Of a stretch of DNA of 64,000 nucleotides, positions 38,470-47,340 are shown one piece after another (the first letter of the stretch is position 1; each line of letters opens with the position of its first letter). Source of the stretch: a virus; the IMG/VR virus record IMGVR_UViG_3300044837_000219, positions 5,005-69,004 of that record; one strand, 5' to 3'. The translations under genes were made by a program, and so were the position numbers. Under the pieces are notes generated by a model. The model was not told where the DNA came from. It worked only from the letters and a program-made list of their open reading frames with translations, and ran no database searches.

Positions 38470-38706
38470 ATGGATCACGTTGACCGGCTGATGCGCGGCA
38501 TGAGGTTCGCGTTCGGCATCTGGGCACCGCGCACCGCGTACGCCGTCGGCGTGCTGTGGTGGGCCACGGACTACTCGCCGTCGGTCGTAGTGCTGGGCTT
38601 CACCGTCGTGCCCGCTGTGCGACTGCTGCTCGACCAGCCACTCCTCGTTGCCGCTGAGACGGCGCAGGCTCACCGCTCCGGCCCGATCGGAGCCCGCCGT
38701 GACTGA
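38470..38706 (+). CDS. Small membrane protein upstream of the TraB-like gene
   Basis: Two hydrophobic segments; overlaps translocase start. Confidence 0.5.
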   Translation: MDHVDRLMRGMRFAFGIWAPRTAYAVGVLWWATDYSPSVVVLGFTVVPAVRLLLDQPLLVAAETAQAHRSGPIGARRD

Positions 38707-40738
38707 TTCCACCGACCCGTCCGACGAGGACGTCAGGCGACTGCTGGACGGCGCTTCAGCGCTTCTGGGCGGGCTCGACGAGGATGGAGACGGCGAGCCT
38801 GACGGTCTCGTCGAACCTGACGCCACAGCGGGGCAGGAAGCGCCGCTCCTGTTCGAGCGCTCGTCCATCGTCGGCGGGCCGAAGCGGAAGCGGCTGGACC
38901 GCCCCCAGCACCGCGTTGCGCGCGCCGGAGCCAAGGCCGTGTCGCCACAGACGATGGCGCGGCTGATGCGCGCCGAGGGGCGCGGCATGCTGCGTTTCTT
39001 CGACTGGTTGCACAACTACTACAACGCCAACGACAAGTTGGACTTGCGGCTGCGGAACCCGCGCGCGCACCACGAAATCCACGAGCAGCGCCGGAACCGT
39101 ACCTTCATCTCTGCCGGGACGCTGCTGCTGCTCGCGCTCCTCCTGTTCGCCAGTGCGGGCCTCGTGGGGCTGGCGGGGGCCGCCTTCGTCATCTTCGCTG
39201 CGTTCGCGCGCGCGGGGCGGGGCAAGGACCGCCTGCTGGACGCGGAGGCGGGCGACGACATCGGGATGGGAGAGACGCGCATCCAGCGCGCGGTCGCGCG
39301 CGCGGTGTTCGGTGTCGACCTGTCGAACGAGAAGTACCGGGACTGGTGGCGGAACATCATCGTCCGCGAGGGCTGGACGCAGGTCGTCGGATCCGACACC
39401 CGCACCATCCGGCTGGGCCTCCCGGCACCGCACAGCGCCGCCAAGGCGAAGGCCAAGGAGCGTGACATCGCCGCCGCGCTCGACTTGACAGAGCAGCAGG
39501 TGCGCATCATCGCCGACCCGCGACGGGAGAACGCGGGCGACTTCGATCTGATCGTCTACAACAGCAACCCGTGGGACATCCCCGCGACGTTCTCCCCGAT
39601 CGCGCTGGAACCGCGCCGGACCTGCATCTGGGATGGCATCGACTTCGGCATCGACATCGACCGTCAGCCGGTGCGACTGGACATCGTCGGCAAGAGCATG
39701 CTCATCGGCGGGCTGCCGGAGATGGGCAAGACCACGACGGCGCTCACCATCATGACGTCCGTGGTGCTCGATCCGTTCGTGCGCATCTGGGTGGCCGACG
39801 CCAAGGGCGTCGACACTGCACCGCTCATCCCGCTGGCGTACCGCTACATCGGTGCGTCGCAGGAAGAGATGGTGAAGATGCTGCAGGAGTTGATGGCTTG
39901 GGGTCGCCAGAAGTTGATGGCACTCAAGGAAGTCCGGCGCGTCAAGTTCGACCGCAGTCTGTGCGCGATGTACCAGCAGATTGATGCGAATCACCCGCTG
40001 GCGACGGTCGACGTCGTTTACATCGACGAGGCGCGGTTCTACACGAACGGCGCCGTCGACCTACAGTCGCGGCGCATCGTGTCGCTGCTGTCGCAGATCA
40101 TCGAGATGTTCCGCGCCGTCGGCATCATCGTCATCGTCGCCACGCAGCGCCCGTCAGTGAAGAACATTCCGTCGGAAATCCGGGACCTGCTGCGTATCCG
40201 GCTCGCGCACGCATGCACAACGCCTGCGATGAGCAACACCATCCTCGGCGAAGGCGCAGCAGGGCAGGGCTTCAGCGCCACGCAGTTCGACGAGGACCAG
40301 CCCGGCGTTTCGTGGCTGCGCGTCCTGAAGTCGTTCCGCCAGGTGCGACCGCATCTGACCCAGGACGAGCAGTTGGAAAAGGCGTGCGAGGAAGCCTGGC
40401 GGCAGCGCTCCGAGGTCGGAACAACGCCGGAGGCGATCGACGCCACCATGACGTCGGTGCCGACGCTGCTGCTGGACATCAAGGCCATCTGCGACGAGCG
40501 CGAGTGGAAGCGCGTCCCGACGAACGTCCTGCTGCCGCTGCTCGCGGCGCGCTCGCAGGAGTACGACGGAATGAGCGCCACCGAGTTGTCGTCGCGGATG
40601 GGCAACTCCGGCGTGACGCCTCGACCGATCGGTCCGTGGGACTTCGAGGAAGGCGAGCCCGGCAAGAACGTACGTGGTTACCGGCTGGAATGGATCGAGG
40701 CTGCGATCGAGCGGCACAAGAAGGAGACGGTGCAGTGA
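38699..40738 (+). CDS. FtsK/SpoIIIE DNA translocase, actinomycete conjugative TraB type
   Basis: TM helix pair, Walker A GLPEMGKT, VADAKG, Walker B VVYIDE, VATQRPS..IPSEIRD, SNTILG, C-terminal wHTH ending NVRGYRLEWI. Confidence 0.85.
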   Translation: MTDSTDPSDEDVRRLLDGASALLGGLDEDGDGEPDGLVEPDATAGQEAPLLFERSSIVGGPKRKRLDRPQHRVARAGAKAVSPQTMARLMRAEGRGMLRFFDWLHNYYNANDKLDLRLRNPRAHHEIHEQRRNRTFISAGTLLLLALLLFASAGLVGLAGAAFVIFAAFARAGRGKDRLLDAEAGDDIGMGETRIQRAVARAVFGVDLSNEKYRDWWRNIIVREGWTQVVGSDTRTIRLGLPAPHSAAKAKAKERDIAAALDLTEQQVRIIADPRRENAGDFDLIVYNSNPWDIPATFSPIALEPRRTCIWDGIDFGIDIDRQPVRLDIVGKSMLIGGLPEMGKTTTALTIMTSVVLDPFVRIWVADAKGVDTAPLIPLAYRYIGASQEEMVKMLQELMAWGRQKLMALKEVRRVKFDRSLCAMYQQIDANHPLATVDVVYIDEARFYTNGAVDLQSRRIVSLLSQIIEMFRAVGIIVIVATQRPSVKNIPSEIRDLLRIRLAHACTTPAMSNTILGEGAAGQGFSATQFDEDQPGVSWLRVLKSFRQVRPHLTQDEQLEKACEEAWRQRSEVGTTPEAIDATMTSVPTLLLDIKAICDEREWKRVPTNVLLPLLAARSQEYDGMSATELSSRMGNSGVTPRPIGPWDFEEGEPGKNVRGYRLEWIEAAIERHKKETVQ

Positions 40739-41052
40739 AGAAGACGCTCGATTTCTCCGACCGGCGCGACTGGGGACACGACATCACCTTCAGGGTTGAT
40801 GCGAACATCAACCCTTTCGTGGTCAAGGGAAGTCTGTGGCATACGCCCAGTCCCGGAATCGGTGATTGGCTCGTTCTGCGGCACGGCAGTGGCCGTCCGG
40901 TGCTCTACCAGTTCACGTCGGTGAAGAGGGTCACAGATCCGCAGGACATGACGCATTTCGAGGCTGAGTTCGTCCGACTCAGTCAGCGGCCCGATGTCGT
41001 TCCGGAGTGCTGCTGTGGATGCATCGAAGAGGCGGGAGTGCGTCATGGCTGA
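40735..41052 (+). CDS. Hypothetical protein
   Basis: AAGGAG RBS; GTGA overlap with translocase stop. Confidence 0.55.
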   Translation: MKKTLDFSDRRDWGHDITFRVDANINPFVVKGSLWHTPSPGIGDWLVLRHGSGRPVLYQFTSVKRVTDPQDMTHFEAEFVRLSQRPDVVPECCCGCIEEAGVRHG

Positions 41053-41554
41053 GGCAGTAGCGCCGATCATCGACATCGCGACCGGTCAGCGCATCGCAGC
41101 GCCCGCCGTGGCGAAGCCGCGTCGGATCTGCGAGGACGAGCGCGGCCGGTACATCATGGTGGACGGCCAGCGCATCCCGGTGCGCAACGGCTGGCGGCCG
41201 GGCGACCAGGACCCGTTGGAGGACTGGCAGACGGCGCGCGAGATCGCACAGGACATCGCGAACGGCGACGGCCTGCACATCGAGCCAGGTAAGTGGCTCG
41301 GCTCGCTCCTGACGGTGTCAACGTCCGTCGGCGGCTGGACGACGTACCGGTGCGCTCCGGAGCCGATGGTGGCCGCGTGGCTCGCTAGCCTCGGCGTGGT
41401 ATGGACACCCTGGTCGCTGTGGCTCACCTGGCACGCTGCGCCGCTGGGTGGCTTCCCAGCGCTCGCTGCGGCCATCTCCTTCGTCGGTGCACCGTTCCTG
41501 CTGTGGACGCGGTTCTGCATCAACCACACCGAACTCGGAAGGCCGCGTACGTGA
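41045..41554 (+). CDS. Membrane protein
   Basis: C-terminal hydrophobic helices; GGGAG RBS. Confidence 0.55.
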   Translation: MAEAVAPIIDIATGQRIAAPAVAKPRRICEDERGRYIMVDGQRIPVRNGWRPGDQDPLEDWQTAREIAQDIANGDGLHIEPGKWLGSLLTVSTSVGGWTTYRCAPEPMVAAWLASLGVVWTPWSLWLTWHAAPLGGFPALAAAISFVGAPFLLWTRFCINHTELGRPRT

Positions 41555-42030
41555 GGGGATCAACTCACAGGGAATGGGGCGCTGTAACAGGCGCCCTTAT
41601 CTCTGCCGCTGCAGGGAACGACCCGCTCAACGTCGCCGTGTGCTTCGGCATGGGCTACGCGTGCGCGTCGTTCCCTGACCGGATCGAAGCACCGCTACGT
41701 CTGCAGCACCGGGGCATCTCGCACGCCTGGGAGGTCTACGCAGCGCTGGCAGCGCTCGCCTGGTGGCTTCCGCCGGTCGTCGACTACCCGGTGTGGGGTT
41801 TCGCGCTGGCGTGCCTCTCCCACCTGACCGGCGACCTGATGTTCGGCAAGTCCGGCTACGGACGCGGTGCAGGCATACCGTGGTTGCTCGGCACCTGCCA
41901 CTGGGGGCCGAATCTCTTCAAGGTGAACAACTGGACCGAGAAGCACTTCCGATGGCTGCTCATCAAGGTGAGGCCGTACAGCCTCGCCGGTGCGTTCCTG
42001 TGGGCGTTAATCCACATGGTGGTGGCGTAA
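41551..42030 (+). CDS. Membrane-bound metal-dependent hydrolase (YdjM-like)
   Basis: GSTH, FPDRIE, HRGISH, LSHLTGD, GIPW motifs with TM helices. Confidence 0.75.
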   Translation: MRGSTHREWGAVTGALISAAAGNDPLNVAVCFGMGYACASFPDRIEAPLRLQHRGISHAWEVYAALAALAWWLPPVVDYPVWGFALACLSHLTGDLMFGKSGYGRGAGIPWLLGTCHWGPNLFKVNNWTEKHFRWLLIKVRPYSLAGAFLWALIHMVVA

Positions 42031-42233
42031 TGTCGCATGAGCAGAAGACCGCATACAACGACCTTCTCACTTCACACATCCGACGCATCCAGAGCCTGCA
42101 TCCTGAACTGACGTCATTCAGTGCGACGGTTCGCTATCTGGTGACGCTAGGACTTGCTGCTGAGTACGCTCGCGATGCTGCAGCGACGCCGAACCCCTAC
42201 CTGTACCCATCGAAGGAGTTGACGGATCCATGA
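42030..42233 (+). CDS. Small, possibly RHH-like protein
   Basis: SFSATVRYLVTLGL helix pattern; TAATG overlap. Confidence 0.45.
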   Translation: MSHEQKTAYNDLLTSHIRRIQSLHPELTSFSATVRYLVTLGLAAEYARDAAATPNPYLYPSKELTDP

Positions 42234-42394
42234 CGTATGACATCATCCCCCAGGCGGCCCTGAGCGCGCCTGAGACGCGTGAGGCGCTTCCGCCGGTGCT
42301 CTGCATCCACTGCGGCAACGAGGTGCCCATGTGCGACCGGCAAGCGTCCGGCGCGTCGCACCCCATCTGCAGGAAGAAGCAGAAACGCTCATGA
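42230..42394 (+). CDS. Small Cys/His protein
   Basis: Hand translation MTYDIIPQ...LCIHCG...HPIC; AAGGAG RBS. Confidence 0.45.
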   Translation: MTYDIIPQAALSAPETREALPPVLCIHCGNEVPMCDRQASGASHPICRKKQKRS

Positions 42395-42612
42395 GCAGCG
42401 GCGGCGAAGTACGCTCAATTCTGCTCCATGTCGTTGTCGCCGATGCTGAGCACTGGACGACGGGGCAGCAGGTTGCTGCCATCCATTGCGACCTGCCGGA
42501 TTGTCTTTCTACCGCAGATCACGCCATGCACCATCTGGAGGCGCACCTACGTCAGCAGGGCGAAGAGTTCATCGCGACGTACCATCAGATGTTCGCTTCA
42601 GACCTGCTCTGA
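42391..42612 (+). CDS. Hypothetical protein
   Basis: ATGA overlap; last ORF before terminator. Confidence 0.45.
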   Translation: MSSGGEVRSILLHVVVADAEHWTTGQQVAAIHCDLPDCLSTADHAMHHLEAHLRQQGEEFIATYHQMFASDLL

Positions 42613-42617
42613 ATGCA

Positions 42618-42664
42618 GAAGGCCCGGACCCAGGATGCTGCTGGCATCCTGGGTCCGGGCCTTC
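42618..42664. terminator. Bidirectional hairpin between convergent operons
   Basis: Perfect 21-bp stem GAAGGCCCGGACCCAGGATGC / GCATCCTGGGTCCGGGCCTTC. Confidence 0.75.
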
Positions 42665-42842
42665 GTGTTGCGCGTCCAACCACACCGTGAGAGTTGAACG
42701 CTGCGCAGGTGCGGCTCGCTCGCCGTGCTGGGCGTTGCGTGATGTCGCGGCTACAGCCACTTCACCGGGCGAGGTCGTGGCCGCCCTTCCCCTCGACGCG
42801 CCCTGCGTCGGAGATTGAGGCGGGGTTGACGCCCTCAGGTGA

Positions 42843-43130
42843 TTACTTACAGAGTGCGCTGCCCTCGGCGACAGTGATAGCAGCGTAGGACGAAGTTCCG
42901 TGGTATGTGGTAATGATCGCTGCTCCGTTGATGCACTTCACGGCCAGGTTGCTGAAACCGTCCGGCATGTTCACGATGAAGGCCGACCCGTCGGCAACGC
43001 CGTTGTTAAACTTGCTCTTGTCGATTGGCGCGTCATTCCACGGCTGACTGCCGCTGTCGGTCGGGTCGCACGCAGACAGCGTGAAAACCAGCCCGATGAC
43101 GCCTGCAGCGATGAGGAGGCCCCTCTTCAT
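42843..43130 (-). CDS. Lipoprotein
   Basis: MKRGLLIAAGVIGLVFTLSA-C lipobox. Confidence 0.7.
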   Translation of the reverse strand: MKRGLLIAAGVIGLVFTLSACDPTDSGSQPWNDAPIDKSKFNNGVADGSAFIVNMPDGFSNLAVKCINGAAIITTYHGTSSYAAITVAEGSALCK

Positions 43131-43193
43131 TTTCGATCTCCGTCCTGTAGGCGAGGTGGGCGGCGGCACCTTCTCCGAGCGCCGCCGCCGCAC

Positions 43194-43601
43194 TCACTCG
43201 GCGTCTTGCTTGATCTGCGGGAAGATCGAGGACAACTTGGACATGCGATCGAAGAACCCGTTCGGATCCCAGTCGCTGCGCCGGTTGATGCATCCGGCGG
43301 CCTGCTTGATGAGTTCCCACGCCTTCTTGCGCGCATCCTTGCCTTCCTCGCCTTCGATGATTACGTCTACGTTCCGTACCCGGTCGATGTTGATGACCGT
43401 AGCCTTCTCCATTGGTGAATACGAAGTCGGCGTGACGTAGACGCAACCTCCACGTATCTCCCGGACGAGCCCCTGCGTCTCCGTTGTGCGGAGTCGGGAG
43501 TTTATCCAGAGAATGTGGACGAAGTTGCCTCGTGACAGCGCCCAGGGAACCAGTTTCGGGCTGGGTTCCTCGGGCGCCGCCTCGGGGGCAACATCAGTCA
43601 C
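43194..43601 (-). CDS. Hypothetical protein
   Basis: In-operon ORF. Confidence 0.55.
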   Translation of the reverse strand: MTDVAPEAAPEEPSPKLVPWALSRGNFVHILWINSRLRTTETQGLVREIRGGCVYVTPTSYSPMEKATVINIDRVRNVDVIIEGEEGKDARKKAWELIKQAAGCINRRSDWDPNGFFDRMSKLSSIFPQIKQDAE

Positions 43602-44532
43602 TTACCACCCGGAGAGCACCGCGCACGATGCCCCGGACGGTGGAGACCTTCAGGGTGATGCGCGCCGGGTTGTCCGGCGTGCCGTCGTGCGGGTACTTCT
43701 CGCGGAGCACCCGGGCGACGCCCTTGACGAGACGCTGCTCGTCGTGAGTGAAGGTCTTGCGCGGCCCCTGCGGCACGCTTGCGGTCTCGACCTCTGCCTG
43801 GTCGAGACGCGTCTGCAGGTCGCCTACGCGGGTGGAGAGGCGCTCGCGCTCCTGCGCGGCCAGTTCGAGCGCCGAGCGTGCGTTGTCCCGCTCGGCGCGC
43901 ACGGCGCTCAGTTCGTTCAGCGCGCCGTCGCGCTCGCCTTCAGCGTGCGCGGCGTGGTTGACCGCGCCGCTGAGCGCTTCGACCGCGTCGTTGCGCTCCG
44001 TCGCGAACTTCTGCGCCGATTCGAGCACCTGGTCGCGCTCGGTCTGCAGCCGGGCCACGAGTTCGTTCGCCTCGTAGACCTCGACCTTCAGTCGCGCTGC
44101 TTCTGCCACGGTCTGGCGCAACTTCTCCTGGACTGCCTCCACCTCCTCCCGCGATGTGTCCTTCGTCTTGGTTCCGAACACGCTGGCCTCCTTCTGCTTG
44201 GGCTGCACGATCCTGGCGTCCGCCGGGACGTGGTTCGGGTGGACGTACACCACGCGGTCGCCGCGCTTCTTCAGCAGGCGGACGATGATGCCGTCCTTAT
44301 GCATGCGCGACGTCGCGCCGGACGTCGGGCTGTCGTAGGCGTCGGGGTCGAAGTTCTTCTTCAGGTACTCCACGATCTCGCGGTTCGTCGAACCGGCCTG
44401 ACCGGACGTCTCCAGGCAACGCATGATGTGCTGCTGCATGGCGTCGTTGTGCGCGGTGCTGCGCTTGTTCGGGACCTTCGTCGTCCGCGTCGGCGCGAAC
44501 TCGTCGGCGTCGTCAATCTCTTGGGTTGTCAT
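43594..44532 (-). CDS. wHTH + long coiled-coil protein
   Basis: GSTNREIVEYL...SGATSRMHKDGIIVRL then heptad repeats; AAGGAG RBS. Confidence 0.65.
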   Translation of the reverse strand: MTTQEIDDADEFAPTRTTKVPNKRSTAHNDAMQQHIMRCLETSGQAGSTNREIVEYLKKNFDPDAYDSPTSGATSRMHKDGIIVRLLKKRGDRVVYVHPNHVPADARIVQPKQKEASVFGTKTKDTSREEVEAVQEKLRQTVAEAARLKVEVYEANELVARLQTERDQVLESAQKFATERNDAVEALSGAVNHAAHAEGERDGALNELSAVRAERDNARSALELAAQERERLSTRVGDLQTRLDQAEVETASVPQGPRKTFTHDEQRLVKGVARVLREKYPHDGTPDNPARITLKVSTVRGIVRGALRVVSD

Positions 44533-44556
44533 CGTTGGCGCTCCTTCGGGCTCCTG

Positions 44557-44593
44557 TGAGACTCATCGTCTCAATAAGTGGTCTCTCTGTCAA
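44557..44593 (-). promoter_or_regulatory. Promoter/operator
   Basis: Minus TTGACA; TGAGAC-TCATC-GTCTCA. Confidence 0.7.
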
Positions 44594-44600
44594 GTCGTGC

Positions 44601-44891
44601 TCAGGCGTTGACGTGCAGACTTCCGACGCCGTCCAGTTCGAAGACGGTCTCTCTGCCGCCGCTGTCGGCGTGCTGGCGCGCGATGTCGGCTGCGTACTCC
44701 GGCTTCATCCCGTACTGCACGAGGCAAGCCATCACGCGCAGGATCTTCGTCTCCTTCGCGTTGAACTCCAGCGCAACGCCGCCCTGCGGCAAGGTGCCGC
44801 CCTCGGGCACGATGTAGCCACGCGTCGTCCAGTGGTGCACCTGTCGATACGAGACGCCCAGTTGCTGCGCCAGATCAATGCCTCGCGCCAT
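44601..44891 (-). CDS. MerR-like HTH protein
   Basis: LAQQLGVSYRQVHHWTTRGYIVP. Confidence 0.75.
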   Translation of the reverse strand: MARGIDLAQQLGVSYRQVHHWTTRGYIVPEGGTLPQGGVALEFNAKETKILRVMACLVQYGMKPEYAADIARQHADSGGRETVFELDGVGSLHVNA

Positions 44892-45565
44892 CAGACCTCC
44901 TCTGCAATGCGGAAGATTCCGCGCGGCTGCCGCTCATCTTCGACGAGCGTGACGTACTCGTGCAGCCCGACGTGCCGCGCGTACGCCGCCGTTCCGGGCT
45001 CGCACAGTACAGCAACCCGGAAGGCACCTCCGTACTCCGCTTCGGACAGGCCACGCATCAGGAGGGGGATGAGCACGCTCTGCACGCGCATCGGGTGCTC
45101 CGAAAACTTCCATTTGATCGCCGGATACTTCGTCAGTTGCCACGGGATGCCGGTCAATCCAGGCACCGCGTCAGGCCAGCCCTTGACCCTCGCCGTGGCG
45201 AAGACCTGCACTGAGAACGTCCAGGTGATCTCATCGCCGGTATCGACGACGTGGCGCTCCTTGCGGAGTTCCTCGACGATCCGATGCTCCATTTCTTCCT
45301 GGACGTCGCGCAGCAGTTCCGGATCGACGTTCTGAACGATCCAGGAGGCTTCGACCGGAAGGCCCGCCCCCAGCATTGCGCGCGATCCGAAGAAGTTCGC
45401 CATCAGGGTCCGCGCGCGCTCGGTAGTGTCCATGACGACCGAAGGCTCGTCGCCGCCGAGCCACCGCGATTTCGTCGGCTTCATGTAGCGGAAGTAGAAA
45501 AGTTTCATCCCGTTCTGCAGCGGGCGGTACGAGCGCGGCAGGTTATCCCTGCGGTGCCGAGTCAC
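44891..45565 (-). CDS. Hypothetical protein
   Basis: In-operon ORF. Confidence 0.5.
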   Translation of the reverse strand: MTRHRRDNLPRSYRPLQNGMKLFYFRYMKPTKSRWLGGDEPSVVMDTTERARTLMANFFGSRAMLGAGLPVEASWIVQNVDPELLRDVQEEMEHRIVEELRKERHVVDTGDEITWTFSVQVFATARVKGWPDAVPGLTGIPWQLTKYPAIKWKFSEHPMRVQSVLIPLLMRGLSEAEYGGAFRVAVLCEPGTAAYARHVGLHEYVTLVEDERQPRGIFRIAEEV

Positions 45566-45621
45566 AGGTAGTCGTCCTCTCCGGCGGACTTGAACAATGC
45601 GTCGATCTCAGCGGCGACTTC

Positions 45622-45870
45622 TTAGGCGTCTCGCTTCGCGGTATCGACGATTCCCTTGCCCATCGGTGTGAGCGCGATGCGCCAGATGTCAACGATGGTG
45701 GTCCGAGTACGCAACGTGTTGTGCGACTTGAACGGCTCCATCGTGACGCAACCCTTGCGTTCGAGCGGCCGGTACACGCTCTCCCTCTCGCCGGGCACCA
45801 GCAGGTATCCGGCCTCGCCGACGAGCGTGAGTCGATCCCTCTCGCGATTGCCGATGCGAATGCGCACCAT
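45622..45870 (-). CDS. Hypothetical protein (wHTH-like end)
   Basis: LERKGCV...IALTPMGK. Confidence 0.45.
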   Translation of the reverse strand: MVRIRIGNRERDRLTLVGEAGYLLVPGERESVYRPLERKGCVTMEPFKSHNTLRTRTTIVDIWRIALTPMGKGIVDTAKRDA

Positions 45871-46229
45871 CACATGCCCGCCTGTTCCGCTCGCTTGACG
45901 ATGTTCGCGAGGTGGACGAAGAATCGAGCCATCGACGTGCCCGTGTTACCGGTGAGGTGCTCGACGTTGCCGAGCGCCGTCAGCGCGACGTCGAGGTTCT
46001 CCTTGATGAGTTCCACCGTCTGGTCGCTCTGCGGCTTGCGCGGGTTCTGGCCGGTGTGCGCGATCATCTTGGTGATGACCTCGCCCGCCTCTTCCGTCAA
46101 CTTCGACATCCGGCCCCAGGTGACCGCCTCGGGATCCCTGTGTTCGTTCGCACCGTCGAACCAGTCGCTCAAGCGCTTGATGTCGGCGCCCATCACATAG
46201 AGAAGTTCGTTCGGACCTGAAGACTGCAC
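45870..46229 (-). CDS. MazG-like nucleotide pyrophosphohydrolase
   Basis: KLTEEAGEV...GQNPRK...KENLDV; AGGAG RBS. Confidence 0.8.
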   Translation of the reverse strand: MQSSGPNELLYVMGADIKRLSDWFDGANEHRDPEAVTWGRMSKLTEEAGEVITKMIAHTGQNPRKPQSDQTVELIKENLDVALTALGNVEHLTGNTGTSMARFFVHLANIVKRAEQAGM

Positions 46230-46273
46230 GGAGTGCTCCTATCTCGGTGGGATTCCTTGCCGCAGGTGATGCC

Positions 46274-46394
46274 TGGTGGGCCTGGTGGATTCGAACCACC
46301 TCAGCGTCTTGCGACCTTTTACCGTGCCCGCGTCCGAGCGGCCCTCGCGGGCACCGAGAAGGTCGGAGTCTGCGTCGCGACCAACCCGGTGCCC
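46274..46394 (-). ncRNA. tRNA-like RNA (non-canonical, 121 nt, CCA end)
   Basis: 5' GGGC...GGTGG-TTCGAAT-CCACC-AGGCCC-A-CCA 3'; own promoter immediately upstream; no normal anticodon arm. Confidence 0.65.
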
Positions 46395-46396
46395 TA

Positions 46397-46434
46397 TGAG
46401 ACGTATAGTCTCACGCGCCTTACATGCCTGTCAA
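46397..46434 (-). promoter_or_regulatory. Promoter/operator for tRNA-like RNA and MazG operon
   Basis: Minus TTGACA; TGAGAC-GTATA-GTCTCA. Confidence 0.75.
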
Positions 46435-46838
46435 GACTCCTTCTTGATCCCGGGGATCCGCAGGAAGACCTGTCCGCGCTCCTGGGCGAGATGGCAGAAG
46501 CCGCCCTCGATGATGCCCATCTTCATGAGCAGTTCGAGTAGTTGGGACACATCCTCCCACGCGAAGCGGCCGGGGATGACGAGATGTGAATGGCCGGGCG
46601 TGGCGCTCGGGATGACCCGGAGGGCGTGGCGGTCGATATCCAGCATCAGAATGTGCAGGTTGAGCCCGGGGGACTCGTCGCTGATTCTGATGACCTCGCT
46701 GCCGTACGCGTTCGCCGCCGGATCCTCGAAGTGGACCCGCCTGCGATCGTTGCCCTCTTCGTAATCTGCATCGAAGTCAATCGCCCACGCCTCGACTCCC
46801 GTGCTGCGAATGAAGTCGATGTCTTCGTCTTTCGACAT
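46431..46838 (-). CDS. Hypothetical protein
   Basis: AAGGGAG RBS; LDID..PS.TPGH.HL motif. Confidence 0.6.
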   Translation of the reverse strand: MSKDEDIDFIRSTGVEAWAIDFDADYEEGNDRRRVHFEDPAANAYGSEVIRISDESPGLNLHILMLDIDRHALRVIPSATPGHSHLVIPGRFAWEDVSQLLELLMKMGIIEGGFCHLAQERGQVFLRIPGIKKES

Positions 46839-46860
46839 GATTCTGTCTCCCTTGGTCGCT

Positions 46861-46922
46861 TGAGATCCACAGTCTCACACTGGTTACACGCTTGTCAAGC
46901 GAGTTCGGGACTGCTAGTCTCA
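46861..46922. promoter_or_regulatory. Divergent promoter/operator pair
   Basis: TGAGAT-CCACA-GTCTCA with minus TTGACA; degenerate CGGGAC-TGCTA-GTCTCA before ATG 46927. Confidence 0.65.
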
Positions 46923-46926
46923 GCAC

Positions 46927-47340
46927 ATGACGCTGAAGCCATCGCCTCGAACGCTCGGCCCCGACCAGCGCAGCATCCTTCGCGCAATGAAGGATCACGG
47001 CTCCTGGTATCAGGGTTGCGGGTGGATCTGGAGCAACGACTCGACCACCGTGCGTCTGCTCGAATCGCTCGCGCAGCGGGGATATGTGCGTCGAACTCTT
47101 CGCCCTGCTGGAGTCGAACACCTGACCGGAAGGGATCTGGTTCCCTACCTGCTGTTCGAGTACATCGACCCGCGTGACGATGTGCAGGCTGCGATGGATC
47201 GGCTGGTGAAGGTGTTGAACGACGCCGTCCGTCAATACAACTGCTATCAGGACACCGGCCTCACGTTCGTTCCTGACGCTCTACTCGTCAAACTGGCGCG
47301 CACCGCGACCGAGTTCTTCGAGGGAGGGTCGGATGACTGA
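46927..47340 (+). CDS. Hypothetical protein (wHTH-like N-terminus)
   Basis: QRSILRAM...TVRLLESLAQRGYV. Confidence 0.55.
   Translation: MTLKPSPRTLGPDQRSILRAMKDHGSWYQGCGWIWSNDSTTVRLLESLAQRGYVRRTLRPAGVEHLTGRDLVPYLLFEYIDPRDDVQAAMDRLVKVLNDAVRQYNCYQDTGLTFVPDALLVKLARTATEFFEGGSDD

Noticed and set aside
38699-40738. Terminase or packaging ATPase
   Set aside because: TM helices, ATQRP motif and wHTH tail match FtsK/TraB; no terminase nuclease domain
46274-46394. Canonical tRNA or tmRNA
   Set aside because: Only four clear acceptor pairs, no 7-nt anticodon loop, no G3:U70 pair, and far too short for a tmRNA tag region; kept only as tRNA-like
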